Origin: Octopus sinensis
Taxonomy: Eukaryota
Assembly (NCBI RefSeq): GCF_006345805.1
Contig: NC_042997.1
Location: 23,250,001 to 23,314,000, forward strand
Direction: 5' to 3'
Length of the DNA: 64,000 bases
Shown: piece after piece, positions 12,570-26,374 of the stretch
Layout: every line of letters starts with the position of its first letter
How positions within the stretch are numbered: the stretch's first letter is position 1
The notes under the pieces: generated by a model
Told to the model about the DNA's origin: nothing
Seen by the model: only the letters and a program-made list of their open reading frames with translations
Database searches by the model: none
Translations under genes and position numbers: made by a program

Positions 12570-13820
12570 TTGGGTCATCCCATAAATAATGCATTTTTTA
12601 TACTTTTATTTTTCAAAATTAAGATAAACAAAGTTTTTTTTAAATTCAAAATATACTCTCCTCATTTTCCACAATGTCTGGTAGACTTTCAAGGCCTCTT
12701 TTCCAAAATTCACTTGTCCGTGGTGAAAAATACTCCTCCAGTACTGTTTTGACCTCATCTACAGAATTCATATTTTTGAAAAGTGTGGAATAACTGATAA
12801 TTGAGGCAATGTCTGGCGAACATGGTGGGTGAGGCATCGTTTCCCATTCAAACTGCTCCAACCTTTGGAATGTCATCCTCGCTGTATGTGACTGAGCCTT
12901 ATCCTGATGGAAAAACACCTTTCACCTTGAAAACAAAGATAGTCGTTTTTCTTCTGGAACTGACGTAAGCCACTTAAGTTGCTCACAGTAGATCTCATTT
13001 GTTATCATTTGGTTTAGGTTTAAAAGTTCAAAGTGGACTAAAACTTTCATATCCCACCAAACAGATAATAACACCTTATGTGAGTGAAGACCTTCTTTAG
13101 CCTGGAGTGCCAGTGTTTCTCTTTTCCCTGCCCACTGTCTTTGGCACTTGGCATTTTTATAGAGAACCCATTTCTCATCACCAGTTGCTATTTGATCCAA
13201 AAAAGGTTCATTCATGAGACATGACAGCAAAGAAGAGCACACATTCACTCTCTGCGTGTGATTAGACTCAGAAAGTTTGTGAGCAACCCATTGACTCAAT
13301 TTGCTGACTTTTCCGACAGCCCACAGGTGTCAATGAATGATTGAATGATGAAATCCAAGCTTCACTGCTAGTTCCTCAACAATTATGATGAGATTTTGTT
13401 CACCTAGAGTATGCAGGATGTCCCCGTTGAGCTCTACAACTCTTCCAGAATGAGGCCCATCTTCTAGGCAGTAGTTTCCAGCTCGGAATTTCTGGAATCA
13501 CCATTGACACTGGTTTATGCTTATTGTCCAATCCCCATATACTGCATTAATATTCTTTGCACATTCCATTGCATTGTTGCCTTTATTGAACTCTTAAAGC
13601 AAAATCTGCTGAATATACTCCTTTGTCACTTCCATTATAGCTTTGAAAAATTAACTGTTAAAATCAAACTGCAATCTTCAAAACTAGCATTTAAGAATAA
13701 AGACAAGGGAAAATTACTACCTGCTTTTATAGCAAGTTGATACAGGTAGTTTATCCTGTCCCCCTCCAACTTTTAGTTCATGCAATTGGTAAAAAATGCA
13801 TTATTTATGTGATGACCCAA
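12570..13820 (-). mobile_element. Full-length defective mariner transposon (1251 bp)
   Basis: TA-flanked TIRs ttgggtcatc(c/a)cataaataatgcattttt; ATG at 13635 (MEVTKEY...); motifs WVAHKL, TGDEKW, HQDKA, HPPCSPDIA; stops and frameshifts, third catalytic D disrupted. Confidence 0.93.
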
Positions 13821-16800
13821 TATATAGCAGTCAGCTTTTAAAAAGCCCACTGGATTATGGACCATCCTTCCAATAAGAAACTTGGCTGCCTTTTTTAATT
13901 TTATTCCTCTACTATTCATAGACACACTTATAAAATAAAAACACAATGCAGCAGCCATAACTTTAGGAACATTTTTTTCACTCTGTCTAAGTATGGAATA
14001 AACTACCTGTATGAGATGTTAGCAGTTAAAAAAGCTGAATCCTTCAAAGATTTAATGCTCACTGAAGTTTGCCAATACTGTTCTTGCTGTATCTCTTCGT
14101 GGCTCTTTTTACTGTTCACTTAACGGTGGGGTTACTATGTGTATTGTGCATGCACTTTTGGCTTTTGTTGCTGTTTTTTCTTTACTTGATTTATTGCTGC
14201 TTTCAGTTCCCTTTTTTACCCTTTTCTGCTGAGTTGTAGTGCATCTGAGCACTGTATACAATAAGCTCAATATTACTATACAATGATATCTATTCTTTCA
14301 AATGAGCTAGCCACATGTCCTCTCCATATATACACCTCTCCCCTTCCCTTTATCCTTATTTATTATGTTACACCTTTCAAACTCTACATAATTCAGTTCC
14401 CTACTTCTTTCCACCCTAGCACTTCAACCCTTTGGAATTCTCATACTGGTTTATATTTTCCCTTGGTAGTACATTAAGCAGCCTGGTAGAGCCTACAAAT
14501 ATCATTAGCACTGTTTCACCCCTTCTCTGAGTATTTTATAAAAATAATTCTCTCATTACTACTTTGACAACTACGAGTTATTTTGTTTTGCTGAGGAGGT
14601 CCAATAATACCAAAACACGTTCAGATTTGTCTCCATTACTTTCCAATATTATTAAGATAATATTAGTAATTGAGCTATATTTGACACTAACTTATCTATA
14701 AGCATGTCATGTCAAACATTTCACCTTATCTTGTTCAAATATATATAATCTTATGATATTTTTATCACTTATAATCATGTTTCTCATCTTTTATCCATAT
14801 CTTAGTATATTTATTTAATTAAAAAATTGAGGTATATCAATATTACATTCATTGTAATACAGAGACTATTGTTTTTCAGAATTTGATTGCAATTGACAAC
14901 GATTGTAAGCATATTCAAGTGTAGAGACAATTATAATTGACCACTAAGTGTAACAACAGCCAGAATTACATTCCAAGAGCTAGAACAATTCATTGTTGTG
15001 TTTAAGTTAGATTAAGAGAATCTCAGTACTTAATCATAGTTCCCTTCAAGAACTGAAGTTATTTGAACATATGTGAGGTAGGTACTCCTGATATTTCTAA
15101 TGTGATTTGTATAATTGAACTTCTTAAGGTAACAAGATGACTGTAAAGACAAATCATTGAAGTAAATGATTTTGCTGATATTGATAAAGAGATATTTTGG
15201 AACATATTGCATTTTTTTTAATAACAATGTATTTGAAAAAGTTGTGGTGTTCGTTTGAGTACACTGGATCAAGCATGTTGTGTAATCACGGGTGAGCTCG
15301 GATTGAACTTTCATACGGCATGGAGATTGATGGTGGAACAACAAGGCATGGCCCACAGATCTACCTTTCTAATAATTCTATATGTTTATCTTTCTGGAGA
15401 ATGCACTCTCACATGCATTCATGAATCATACAAGGTGCAGTGTAACAGATTCAAGATATTGCGCTCTCTTCATAGTCCGGTCTACTTCTACATACCCAGA
15501 GATTCTGGTAGTGACCATACTGAAGATAAACAAGGGGAACTTGAGATCATAGCATGGAAGTTACTGTTCCTTTGCATTTATTGGTAATGTAATGCATCCC
15601 AGTAAAATGTTTGTGCAGTGAAGCTAATTTTTGTTGCAGCTATTTCTGAGTGTTTGTATTCCTTATACATGTCTGAGCATAGTGTTTCTAGGACGGTGTT
15701 GTAGTTGTGCTCTAGGGTGTTGTATTAGTTGTCTGGGTAGTTGGGTGTTGATTTTTTTTAACGTAATGACAAGGACCGTTGGGGTTGAAGCTTTCTGTAA
15801 CACGTGCTATTGTCTGGTGGTCTTTCATTTATATATTTCATTGTGCTGGTAGTCTTTAGGTAAGGTCTGTGTACAGCTATGACAAAGCACAATGCACTGC
15901 TTTTGTTCTTTGTAGCTTATTGAGATTTGTGTTGGAGAGATTGGGGGCCTAGCATAATGGTATAGTCCATGTTGCATTGTTTGTACGCGATTGTTATTAT
16001 TTCTTAATGTAGATGAAATGTAATAAATATGATAGTGCTATGTTTGTATTTTTATTATAGTTTTATGTATGTCCTGAATGTTGTAGTGTTTTATCTTTAA
16101 TGAGTATGATATGTTTTTTTATTGTTATGTTGGTTAGCTGTAATCAGTGCTTTTGATGTTGTGAGTCATTTGGAAGGCAATGGGTTCGTAGACATTACTT
16201 TAAGTCAATTGCTGTGGAGCTAAATTTCTAGATAATTTAAATTGGGCAGGAGTAGTTATACAACACTGCCTAGAGAATGTGTGTGTGTGCATGTGGAGGG
16301 GAATGTAGATGCAATGTCATTCAAATAGGTGACTGTCTGAGTTCATTATATTTCATTGTAAATATTTTTGCTTTGTTGAGTATGTTGGGTGGGAGTGGGT
16401 TTATGTCCAGCCTTAAATTACACAATTTAAATGTTGTCGGGCTTCAGTATGATTAGACAGCAATATAAATGTCAATATCACTAATTATCAGGTCATCCCA
16501 TAAGTTCTGTCTGAATTTTGAATAAAGAAAACAAGTGATCAAATGTTATATTTAATTGAAATTTAATAATTAATGCACTTTCCCTGATTATCTATTACTT
16601 CCTTCCATCAATTTACACACACATGTGCATGCATGTACACACAAACACATGTATACACACACACACACATGTGCATGCATACATGTACACATGCACACAC
16701 ACACGTACACACACATGCACATGCACGTACACTGAAGGAGTAAATCCTACATCCATTTCAGCGAATGTCTGTTGCAGTTGTTCAATTAGTGAAGCTATCT

Positions 16801-17029
16801 ACTTGCTGTATTGTAGTGCAAGAAGATGACTGCTCTTCTACTACAACATCCTCTGTTCTGTTGAACTTGCTGACTAAATGACAGTTCTACTTTAACCAAC
16901 TTGATCCACCTGTCCCTTTTTCTCTCATAAACCCATGTATCTCTAGGTCATTGAACGAAAGACTTTGACAATTACTTTCCCTTCAGAACTGTATATCTCT
17001 GTAATCCTAATATTTCCCCCTGACCTCTA

Positions 17030-17524
17030 CTTGCGAAGATCTGTTGAGGCAAGTGAAATCGAAATCAAATTCGATGACTGGCATCTGTTCTAGTGGAATG
17101 CTAAGAGTACCATACAAATGAGATCGTTGCCAGAGCAACAAGCTGGCCTCCATGTCAATGGCCTATCAAAAACACCATTCGAGTGTGATTGTTACCTGCA
17201 TCACCTTACTAGCACTTGTGCTGGTGACACGTGAAAAAAAATTCAAGCGAGGTCGTTGCCAGTGCTGCTGGACTGGTTCCTGAGCAGGTGGAACCATTTG
17301 AGCATGACCGTTGCCAGTACCGCCTGACTGGCCCTCGTGCTGGTGGCACATAAAACCACCCACTACACTCTCGGAGTGGTTGGCATTAGGAAGGGTATCC
17401 AGCTGTAGAAACTCTGCCAGATCAGATTGGAGTCTGGTGCAGCCATCTAGTTCACCAGACCTCAGTCAAATCGTCGAACCCATGCTAGCATGAAAGCGGA
17501 CGGTAAAGGATGATGATGATGATG
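17030..17524 (+). mobile_element. Family D retroposon: 5' tandem subunits, RTE-like 3' end, (GAT)n tail
   Basis: Core cactacactctcggagtggttggcattaggaagggcatccagctgtagaaac; other copies at about 23296-23508(+), 34876-35280(-), 36737-37150(+), 42775-42994(+), 60840-61128(-), 61250-61460(-), 62862-63040(+). Confidence 0.8.
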
Positions 17525-19020
17525 TCAGCTACTGATTTAGAGTTCACATTAATTGTAAACCACATTGACCTCACCTGAACAGTTACTTAGACCGAGTTAC
17601 TTAAACCAACCCTTTTTGTACCATGGACCAGTTTCATGTAAGACAATTTTTTACACAGATCAAGGGATCATGTGCATAATAAAGCACAATAAAGTGTATA
17701 TTATATAATCTAATTATTACATATATAATACATATATATATATATGATGGACTCTCCTACCAAGAGATAACATATGAGTGTTCAGCTTTTGCTGGACAGT
17801 CTGTACAAATGGTTTGTTTATAATGGTCAAATCTATGTGCCATACATTGGCTCACTCCCTCCATCAAATCAATGTTGCCTGCACAGGTGCCTGATGTATC
17901 CCATGTCAGTGGTTGCAGAGGAACATAAGATGAAGTTTTTGCTCAAGAAAGACAACACACCACCCAGTCTAGGAACTGAAACAACGATCTTGTGATCATG
18001 AGTGCAACACCCCAACCACTAGGCCATGTGTCCTATATAATACATATGTAATTAAAAAAAACCTGCAGATTGTGAAAGTCGATAAAATAGAAATTACATT
18101 TAAAAATTTGTTCTTTTTGTACAACCTGATACAAAACGATCCATGGCCCAGTACTGGTTCATGGCCTGGTGGTTGAGAACCCCAGATCTAGACCAGAACT
18201 TGACCTTTCCATGAAAAAATGGTCTCATAAAAATATGGTTTGTACCTTTCTTTCCTAAAATGAGACAAAAAACAAAAGAATGAATGAAACAAAATAATAT
18301 ATGAAGCTGTGAGTGGAATAAGATAAACAAATTTTTTTTCTTTTCATGTGACACAATAGTCATGTGAAAAACCTGTTAAATGTCACAATGTCATTCCTCT
18401 TAACTCTGGAAGAATATAGTGACCTAAATATATTGTTTGGCTTAGTAAATTAAAACTTTTAGAATATGATCAGGCTACAAAAAAGAAATATTTAGTTGTA
18501 CTGGAGCACTTAAATGATAGAAAAATAATTTTAAAGTTTAAAAAGGGGTGGGTTGATGATGTAGGAAAATGAAGTGATGAGAGGGTCATCATCAATGTTT
18601 GAGACAGTGATATGTTCAAAAGAATTTGTAATAATGACACTGAAGGTAAAGATGATAAAGACGAATATGGCAACAGTAAAGAAGGTGAAATAGTTAAGAG
18701 GGCAAGAAATAGGAGAGTGATAAAAGAATATACTCAACCATAATTATCAATAATGTTCACAGAATTCAACAATGCTACAATCAGCATATATATAATGATT
18801 GTAGTACAAAACTCAAACAAAATATTTAGAGGATCTTAAAAAAATATCCTTTCAAAGCAACATGAAAAATACAGTGCTATTAGATCAAAAAATTCAAGAG
18901 AGAAATCTAAAACTCAAAGCCTCAAGGTGAAACCAAATGATAAATGTACAACAAAAACGTTTGCAACCTGATGAAATCACTGCACTCACCAACTGCTATA
19001 ACTACTTGTACTAATACTTA

Positions 19021-19251
19021 TTTCTTTACTACCCACAAGGGGCTAAACACAAAGAGGATAAACAAGGGCAGACAAACGGACTAAGTCAATTATATCGACC
19101 CCAGTGTGTAACTGGTACTTATTTAATCGACCCCAATAGGATGAAAGGCAAAGTTGACCTTGGCGGAATTTGAACCCAGAACGTAACGGCAGATGAAATA
19201 CCACTAAGCATTTCGCCCGGCGTGCTAATGATTCTGCCAGCTCGCCGCCTT
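19021..19251 (-). mobile_element. SINE family A with 16-bp target-site duplication
   Basis: tacttgtactaatact at 19003-19018 and 19252-19267. Confidence 0.9.
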
Positions 19252-19266
19252 TACTTGTACTAATAC

Positions 19267-21800
19267 TGTCAAATTCCTAGGATTTGTGTGGGGTTTAGTG
19301 GGGCCAGAAGTATAGAGTTAGTGACATCATGTGAATGGCCAAGGAGCCTTGCCAGAAGGACAAGAGAATGAAGAGAAATGTGTTGCATACATCATAGACA
19401 AGAACGTTCAAGTTGTACTTGGTCGTTAGCAGTGGACAGGTGAGTGATGCTGGAAAGGAGAGTCTGCGATATTGGGGAATAAGGTGAGCTGTTAACAGCA
19501 TACCCTGAAAGGAGATGCCAGGAGCAAGTTCAAGGGAGAGCTGGAGAAATGGACTGAAAACGGTATTTCAGTCCCTTGGAATGAAGAGGTAAAGAGCAGG
19601 GTGCTGTCACTAATGGCAGTGGTGCAGCCAATGGAAACAAATCCAGGCTGGTACTGGACTATCAAGAACTGATCAACTGTGTATCGTGCCACACAGACAG
19701 CGAGGTTACTGATGTTTGTGGGGAAACATTACAAGAAGAGAGGTAGATGACAAGAGCTCCTACGATTGTCAACTTGAAGTAAGCATACCTGCAGATACAC
19801 CTGGCTGAGAAATTATCGACATATCTGCTGATAAGACATAAGGGCCAGACATACTATTTGACCATGCTGGTTTTGGGGCTGAATTCAGTACCAAAGATTA
19901 TGGCAATGGTTCTCAAGTTTATTCTGGTAGACAAGGTGAAAGAGGCTACCAATTCCTATATTGATGACATCTTAGTGGATGAGACCCCGGTGTCAACAAC
20001 AGAGGTCATAAGTCACTTAAAGAAGGTCAAATTAATGGCTAAACCACTGGAGGTGAGGATAGAAGGAGCTGCACTAAAGCACAAGCTACAAAGAGACAAA
20101 GCAGGCATACTGGTGGTTTGGTGAAGAAATGAAGTTCCAGATCTGGACACCAGCGTGAATAGATGGGAACTGTCGATGTGTGGGAGACTGGTGAGTCACT
20201 ATCTGATCATGGGGTGGCTCCAAACAGCATGTTGCTATGTCAAGGGACAAGCAGACAGGGAGAGCTGGAGGGGAGTCAAAGTGGGAGAGAGGATGGTGGT
20301 TATTATGTGGGAGATTTTAGAGAGGGTAAGAGCATAAGACTCAATAAGAGGGAGCTGGTATGTGCCCAGAGTAGAAAGTGGTACCCTATGATGTGATGCT
20401 AGCAGCATAGAGATAGGGCTTGCTCTGGAAATAGAAGGCAATGAGGTGGAGGATGCAACCAGGCTTAGGAAAATGAATGATTGCAACCAGATCGATGTGA
20501 CTAAATTGGTTGAGGTGCTGAAGGGAGTGAATCTGGCCCTGATACAGGGGCTGCATGTTATCGAGATTTAAACTAATTCAGCCACTGGATAGGTGGGATC
20601 TGTGACTACCAATGAAAGGAAGCTATGAAGGGAAGGGACAACAGAGATGTTAATAAAGCACTGCCTAGAGATTCTGGGAGAGAGAGTGGTTGAATTTGGC
20701 TTGAAATTGAGCCCTCAGAAAGGAATAAAGCAAATGTCCTAGCCAAGGTGGAAAAAGCCTGTCTGAGTGCCAGAGGATTTGGAGCAGGGGATAGCTGCAG
20801 TGTATTAGCTAAGCTATTTGGAAGTAAGAAGATTGCATACTATGCTTCATATGGGAGTGGATAAGGCTCTGTACCTAGCCAAGAAAGTTTACTCTGACAT
20901 TACTAGACAGGGCATTCAGATTGTGGTAGGGAGTTGTGACAGATGTCAATCCAATGACACTACTCTGAGTGTGCACAAGATGGAAAACATACCAGTGGAA
21001 CACAACTGGAAATGATTGGCAGTGGATGTGGTGCACTACCAGCAGAGGACGTATGTCATGAAAGTCAAATGCAGATTGGGGCAGATGGCAATATGGAGGG
21101 GAATCAAAATGTACTGCAGATGAAGTTGCATGATTCCTGAATGAAATATTTCTGGTGCATGTCCCTGTGGCTGAATTACTGATGGACAATAATACTGCAG
21201 TTTGCTCAGAGGCTCCGAAGGAAATGCTCAATAAGTGGAATGTGAACTGCTTCTTCAGAACAGTGTATAGGCTGAGTGGAAATGGAATCGTGGAGAGGGG
21301 ACATATCTCACCAATTGAGGCAGTATTTTAGCATAATCTGTTCCCCTGGTTAGGACAGGTAGAGGAGTTGGTTCTACAAATAGCAACATTCAGATATGAA
21401 TGGCAACATTCATGTACAGTATCACAGCAACATTCATTCCCTACCTGCGTGAAGGCAGGTAGGAGATGAAGTCTGGATTGAGTCCCTAAATGTGCGCTGC
21501 ATGTCTCAGCAGGGAAAAGGAATAGTAACAGCTGTTAATTCTCAAAAACAACATGTCTTGGATGTTCACAGGAGGAGGAGAGGATGCAAGCAGTACTCCA
21601 TTTCTGGGAAGGTCACAGTGGATGAGACATACACCCAGGTGGATGGCAGATTTTGACATGGGGTGAGGTGATGAGATGGTCTTTGAGATCAAAAGGACAT
21701 GTAGAGCAGAGTGGAGCCAGGAGTATAGAGTCAGTGATGTCACACAAACGACTGAGGAGTCTTGCAAGGACAGGAGTGAGGGAGATCATGTGAGAAAAGT
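19267..21800 (+). mobile_element. Ty3/Gypsy LTR retrotransposon remnant (RT-RNaseH-integrase, degraded)
   Basis: YIDDILV (RT), CDASS (RNase H), H-x4-H...C-x2-C zinc finger (LHTMLHMG...CDRC), AVD/MDN/GNGIVER integrase core; diverged direct repeats at about 19297 and 21710. Confidence 0.85.
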
Positions 21801-21984
21801 ATAACTTGTGTGGGCTTCTTTTCTTTTGAGGCTGCCACTCAGGACAGACATGATAACTGTAAGTTCAGGGATATGTAATTAGGTTGTGGCTAGAGGTTAG
21901 GCAGTCAGAGCTCCCTCAGACTTATCCTGGCTGGAAAGGGTCAACGTTATGAGAAGACCCATTAGGTACGCTTTCTTCCCCATA

Positions 21985-22560
21985 TCACAGTTTGATAGCT
22001 GGATCAAATAAACAATTCTAAAACTCAACAAAGACCCAGGTGAAGTAACATCCTACATACCCATCACTTTGCTTTATATACTCTCAAACATTCTAGAAAC
22101 ACGAATCTTTGACACCACTAACCCACATATCTCCTATCAAAATCATAACAGAGATTCAGATATCATACTCAATAACCACACAGCTCACTAACCAGAGAGA
22201 AAAGAATACTTGATGACTTCAACAATTAAAAAAATCTTCTAAATGTACCATTCTAACTACCATTAGCATCAGCAAAGTTTTTGATTCCATTCCCCACTGC
22301 CATCCATTCATACAAAAATACATAACACCATCTTAAGAAATAACACAAAACACTTGCTAATAAACTACCTGTGAGGTTGCCAAGACAATGTAATATCCAA
22401 GAACAATGCTGCTTGCTTACTTCCTCTTGTCTCCCCAGAGCACATAAAATTCAACCGACCATCAACAACATAGATATACTGCACTCACAAGAGAAGGTAA
22501 CATTTTAGAAGTTACTTAGAACTCCTCCAGAACATACACAGAAGACATTGTAAAGAAGTG
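21985..22560 (+). mobile_element. Highly degraded LINE reverse-transcriptase fragment
   Basis: Broken reading KDP...SYIPITLL..LSNILE resembles the non-LTR RT motif 'YRPISLL..SKILE'. Confidence 0.4.
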
Positions 22561-24417
22561 CCAAATTTCCAGAGTAAATCTGTGGTATATTTAGAACAAT
22601 AGATTTATGAATTGCATCTAGTTGTTAGACTGACTACCTATATGCCAACGGTCTGCTCAATTAATGTTGACCTCAAGCTACACAGCAATATGGACAGCAA
22701 GAACTATGAAATATCTGTTTTGTCTTTTCTAATATTAGTTATTCATGGAATGTCAACATTATCGTCATCATTGTAGTGGTGGGAATAGTAGTATGTCTAC
22801 AGAAGAGGTGGAGTATTGATGGTGATGATAATATTGTAATTGTGGAAAGAAAGACTGATCACAGAGGTGTCACTGTCATGCAGTTGCTGCTGGTGGTGAT
22901 GGCAGTGGTGTTAATGATGGTTGTAGTGGTAGAAGTTGTAATGGTAATAATGATGGTGATGATGGTAATGATGACAAAACATTAACACACATGACATGTG
23001 ATAAATACTGGTTCTTTCTATTACTTTTCAATCCTGTTCTCATAACGAACATAGCTTGTTTGATGGATAAATAAGAAGTATTACAACAAAGAATGCTTAT
23101 TACAAGGATATTATGGGGCATGGTACCAAAAGAAAAATCACATTGGAATCTCTAGAAATTAAGTATGCATCAGATGGTGGCAGACACTTGTGTGCAAGGA
23201 GTTTTAAGCATTAAATGTGTTACTGCATGCTATCCATTCCACCTCTGCCCATAATAAAAACCAGAGCTTTTCTCTAGCTAGTGAGAACCAAAATAGGTGT
23301 GCTTTTATGTGCCCTCGTGCTGGTGGCACGTAAAAGTACCCACTACACTCTCAGAGTGGTTGGCATTAGGAAGGGCATCCAGCTATAGAAACTCTGCCAG
23401 ATCAGATTGGAGTCTGGTGCAGCCATCTGGTTCACCAGACCTCAGTCAAATCGTCCAACCCATGCTAGCATGGAAAGCGGATGTTAAATGATGATGATGA
23501 TGATGATATTACTCTAAAAATTAGTGTTGTTGTCTTTTCTAGGACCTTAGTAGAAAACTTGAACTCAGTACAGTAGACTAATAAACATGCATTAATTATA
23601 CTATGATACTTTTTATAGTTTATTTAAGGTAACAAATTGGTACAGCAAGTGTTGTTTTGTTTACTGCCCTGTAACTTAGCAGTTTGTCAAGAGATTTGAT
23701 CAGATAAGTACCAGACTTCAGAATAAGAATTGGGGTTGATTTGTTTTTAACTGATTATTCTCTCAGGAGAGAAAAACAGTACTCATGACATGACTCCAAT
23801 TAACAAGTTATTGTATTAGACTGACTAGATTTATGAAGGTGACCTAATAAACTTAATATGCACCTATTCAACAAATGGCAACAAGATGGGTATAACAATT
23901 ACATGCAGCTTTCGCCTCTCTCTTTTATTCTCTATTAATACTTTCCTTTATTAAAATTTCAATCTCAGGAGCAATGAGAAGATAAATACTTTAATTAGCC
24001 ACAACATTTCTGTAATTGATATCACTTATCTAATAATCAGTCACAGTCAGTGTATATAGAGTCAGCTTTTTGTTGACTAGGCATTCTAGACTGTAGACTA
24101 TGCTGTCTTGTGTGGTTGTTAGATCTATCTTCTTCTCTAGCTGTTCTTGTGTCAGATAAGCTGTTAGTTTGCAATAACCACATTAAGCTATGACAATAAC
24201 ATTAAGATTCATTTGAGTTTCCAAATATTTTATTTACTACTGCACTGTATTTACAGATGTGCATGCATTAATTGATGACATGTGGACCTAGTGGTTAGGG
24301 TATTGCATTCACAAGGTCATAGGTTCATTTCCAAGACTAGGTATTGTATTGTGTTTTTGAGCAAAACACATCGTTTAATGTTACTCTGCAGTCACTTAGG
24401 CATGTGATATATAGTAT

Positions 24418-24448
<31 letters not shown>

Positions 24449-24707
24449 CACACTCACACTCACACACACACACAGACGTCACCTTTGTGGTGCTTTGGTG
24501 ACTGCAAGATGGCAGTGTAGCTGAAGATTGATGGACATTAGCAGAGAGAGATAGTCACCTAGGATTTTATCCTTAAAAACGAAGCTTTTCTCCCTCCATA
24601 GTTTAAAGAGATCTTAGGCCAGCAGTGTTTAGGGTCTGAAGAAATGCCATAAAGCCAAGCCCCTTATGAGCAAGAAACCCAGGGTAACCCCATAAGCCAG
24701 CCTACCC

Positions 24708-24775
<68 letters not shown>

Positions 24776-25111
24776 CCTCATCATTTAACATCCGTTTTCA
24801 GACTACCTATGCTGAACTATTGAGAAATCTGCAGTTTCTCTATCCAGCTTACAAGTTCAGGTTTATACCTGTAATTATTGGGCTCTGGGATATGTAACAC
24901 ACTGCTTAAATACCAATCTTGAGAAATTAGGCGTCTCAAAATCAGAAAGGAGAAAGCTAATTCAAAGACTACAGATCCACTTCATCACTGGAACTGTAAA
25001 AATCTGCAAAACTTTCCAGAAGTTTATCATTTACATATATATGACCATGTCTGGATATGCAACTATATACATGGGAATACATACATAAAACAAAACATAC
25101 AAATCTGCATG

Positions 25112-25518
25112 TATACATACATGCATGCATACATACATACATACATACATACATACATACATACATACATACATACATACATACATACATACATACAAAC
25201 AAAAATATCCTGTTGTTGATGTTGAAATTCCAATGAAGGAATCTTGGATCTAGGTTAGAAACCAGCTCTTTCTCTATTGGCAAGAAATCTTGAAATAAAA
25301 CTGAACAATGACATACATACATACATACATACATACATACGTTCATAGCTACGTACATACATACATACATACATACATACATACATACATACATACATAC
25401 ATACATACATACATACATACATACATACATACATACATACATACATACATGTGTGCATGCATATATGCATGTATGTATTTGTGTGTATGTGTATGTATGT
25501 ATGTATGTATGTATGTAT
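25112..25518. repeat. (TACA)n arrays at 25112-25197 and 25311-25450, then (TGTA)n at about 25468-25518
   Basis: Read directly; source of the MYVC/YIHT artefact ORFs. Confidence 0.95.
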
Positions 25519-25542
25519 ATTTCAGTTTCAGCTTTTCACTCA

Positions 25543-25649
25543 ATGGAGAACATACAAGATAGAATTCCTGAAATGGCTGCTAAAGTTTCCTCTGAACTTG
25601 ACAGATGTATAGCATTTTGGTTAAAGCATTCACATGATGAAAATAATGG
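25543..25649 (+). CDS. RENBP: N-acylglucosamine 2-epimerase, coding exon 1 (MENIQDRIPEMAAKVSSELDRCIAFWLKHSHDENNG)
   Basis: ATG at 25543 after tandem tttcag acceptors; ELDRxxAFWxxHSHD matches the AGE N-terminus; donor gg|gtaagt, phase 2. Confidence 0.9.
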
Positions 25650-26374
25650 GTAAGTGTTGGCTTTTGATATCTCATATAGCAAATTTAAAAACATTTATGT
25701 TTCCTGATACTCCTGAATTTTATACTTATCTAATCTTTAGTCAGCCCTGATTGAGCAGATGTATATTAAAAGATATCTCAGTCATGACCATCCCATCTTC
25801 TTTTATCAGAAATATTTTAGCTTGGACAACAGCCTTATTTAATGTGTCCTTTCATTTTTAAGACAGTTGGAAGTGATTTGGGGGATATTTGGCTGCAATT
25901 TCTTTCATATCTTGTAATGATAGTTAGGATCTTTTGTTGGCTCAAAGTACTCCTGCTTATTTATGAAGATGTACATTTAGTCTCAGTTCCTACTACTCAC
26001 ACTAGGACACTGAGTACTAAAATCCTTTCTGTAACCATCAACTTATGACTGTTACAAACAACCATGATCATCACAGCTTATTGTCTACTTGCCATTATCA
26101 TAGAAGTGGCAAGTGTCATTAATACCATATTATTAGTCCCCCCCACCACCACCACAATATCTAACTGTCAAAGCCATACACTTATTATGCTAAAATAGCA
26201 TTGGAAAGAGTAACAACAACTGCTGTTGCAAGTAACTAAAGTGATTTTCAGTTGGCTGGCATAATTTGTAGATCTAGATGCCTTTTTTTCTCGCTAATCC
26301 ATCAGTGGATATCTGATTCTTATCAACCAACCAAAGTGGAATAAACAGACTTATGTGCCTTGCAAATGGTAGGA

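Noticed and set aside
14591-14622. CTGAGGA...AAAACACGTTC hammerhead-like relic
   Set aside because: G12 is mutated, stem II is only 3 bp, stem III is broken and no stem I is seen; too degenerate to claim.
15000-16500. Possible additional Penelope-like remnant on the minus strand
   Set aside because: Only faint resemblance to linker and endonuclease motifs; could not be supported without alignment.
24800-25310. Protein-like minus-strand segments with possible splice sites (RLISQDWYLSSVLHIPEPNNY; DFLPIEKELVSNLDPRFLHW)
   Set aside because: No recognisable family and no consistent exon chain could be built.
24969-25562. MYVC/YIHT repeat ORFs
   Set aside because: Products of the (TACA)n/(TGTA)n microsatellites.
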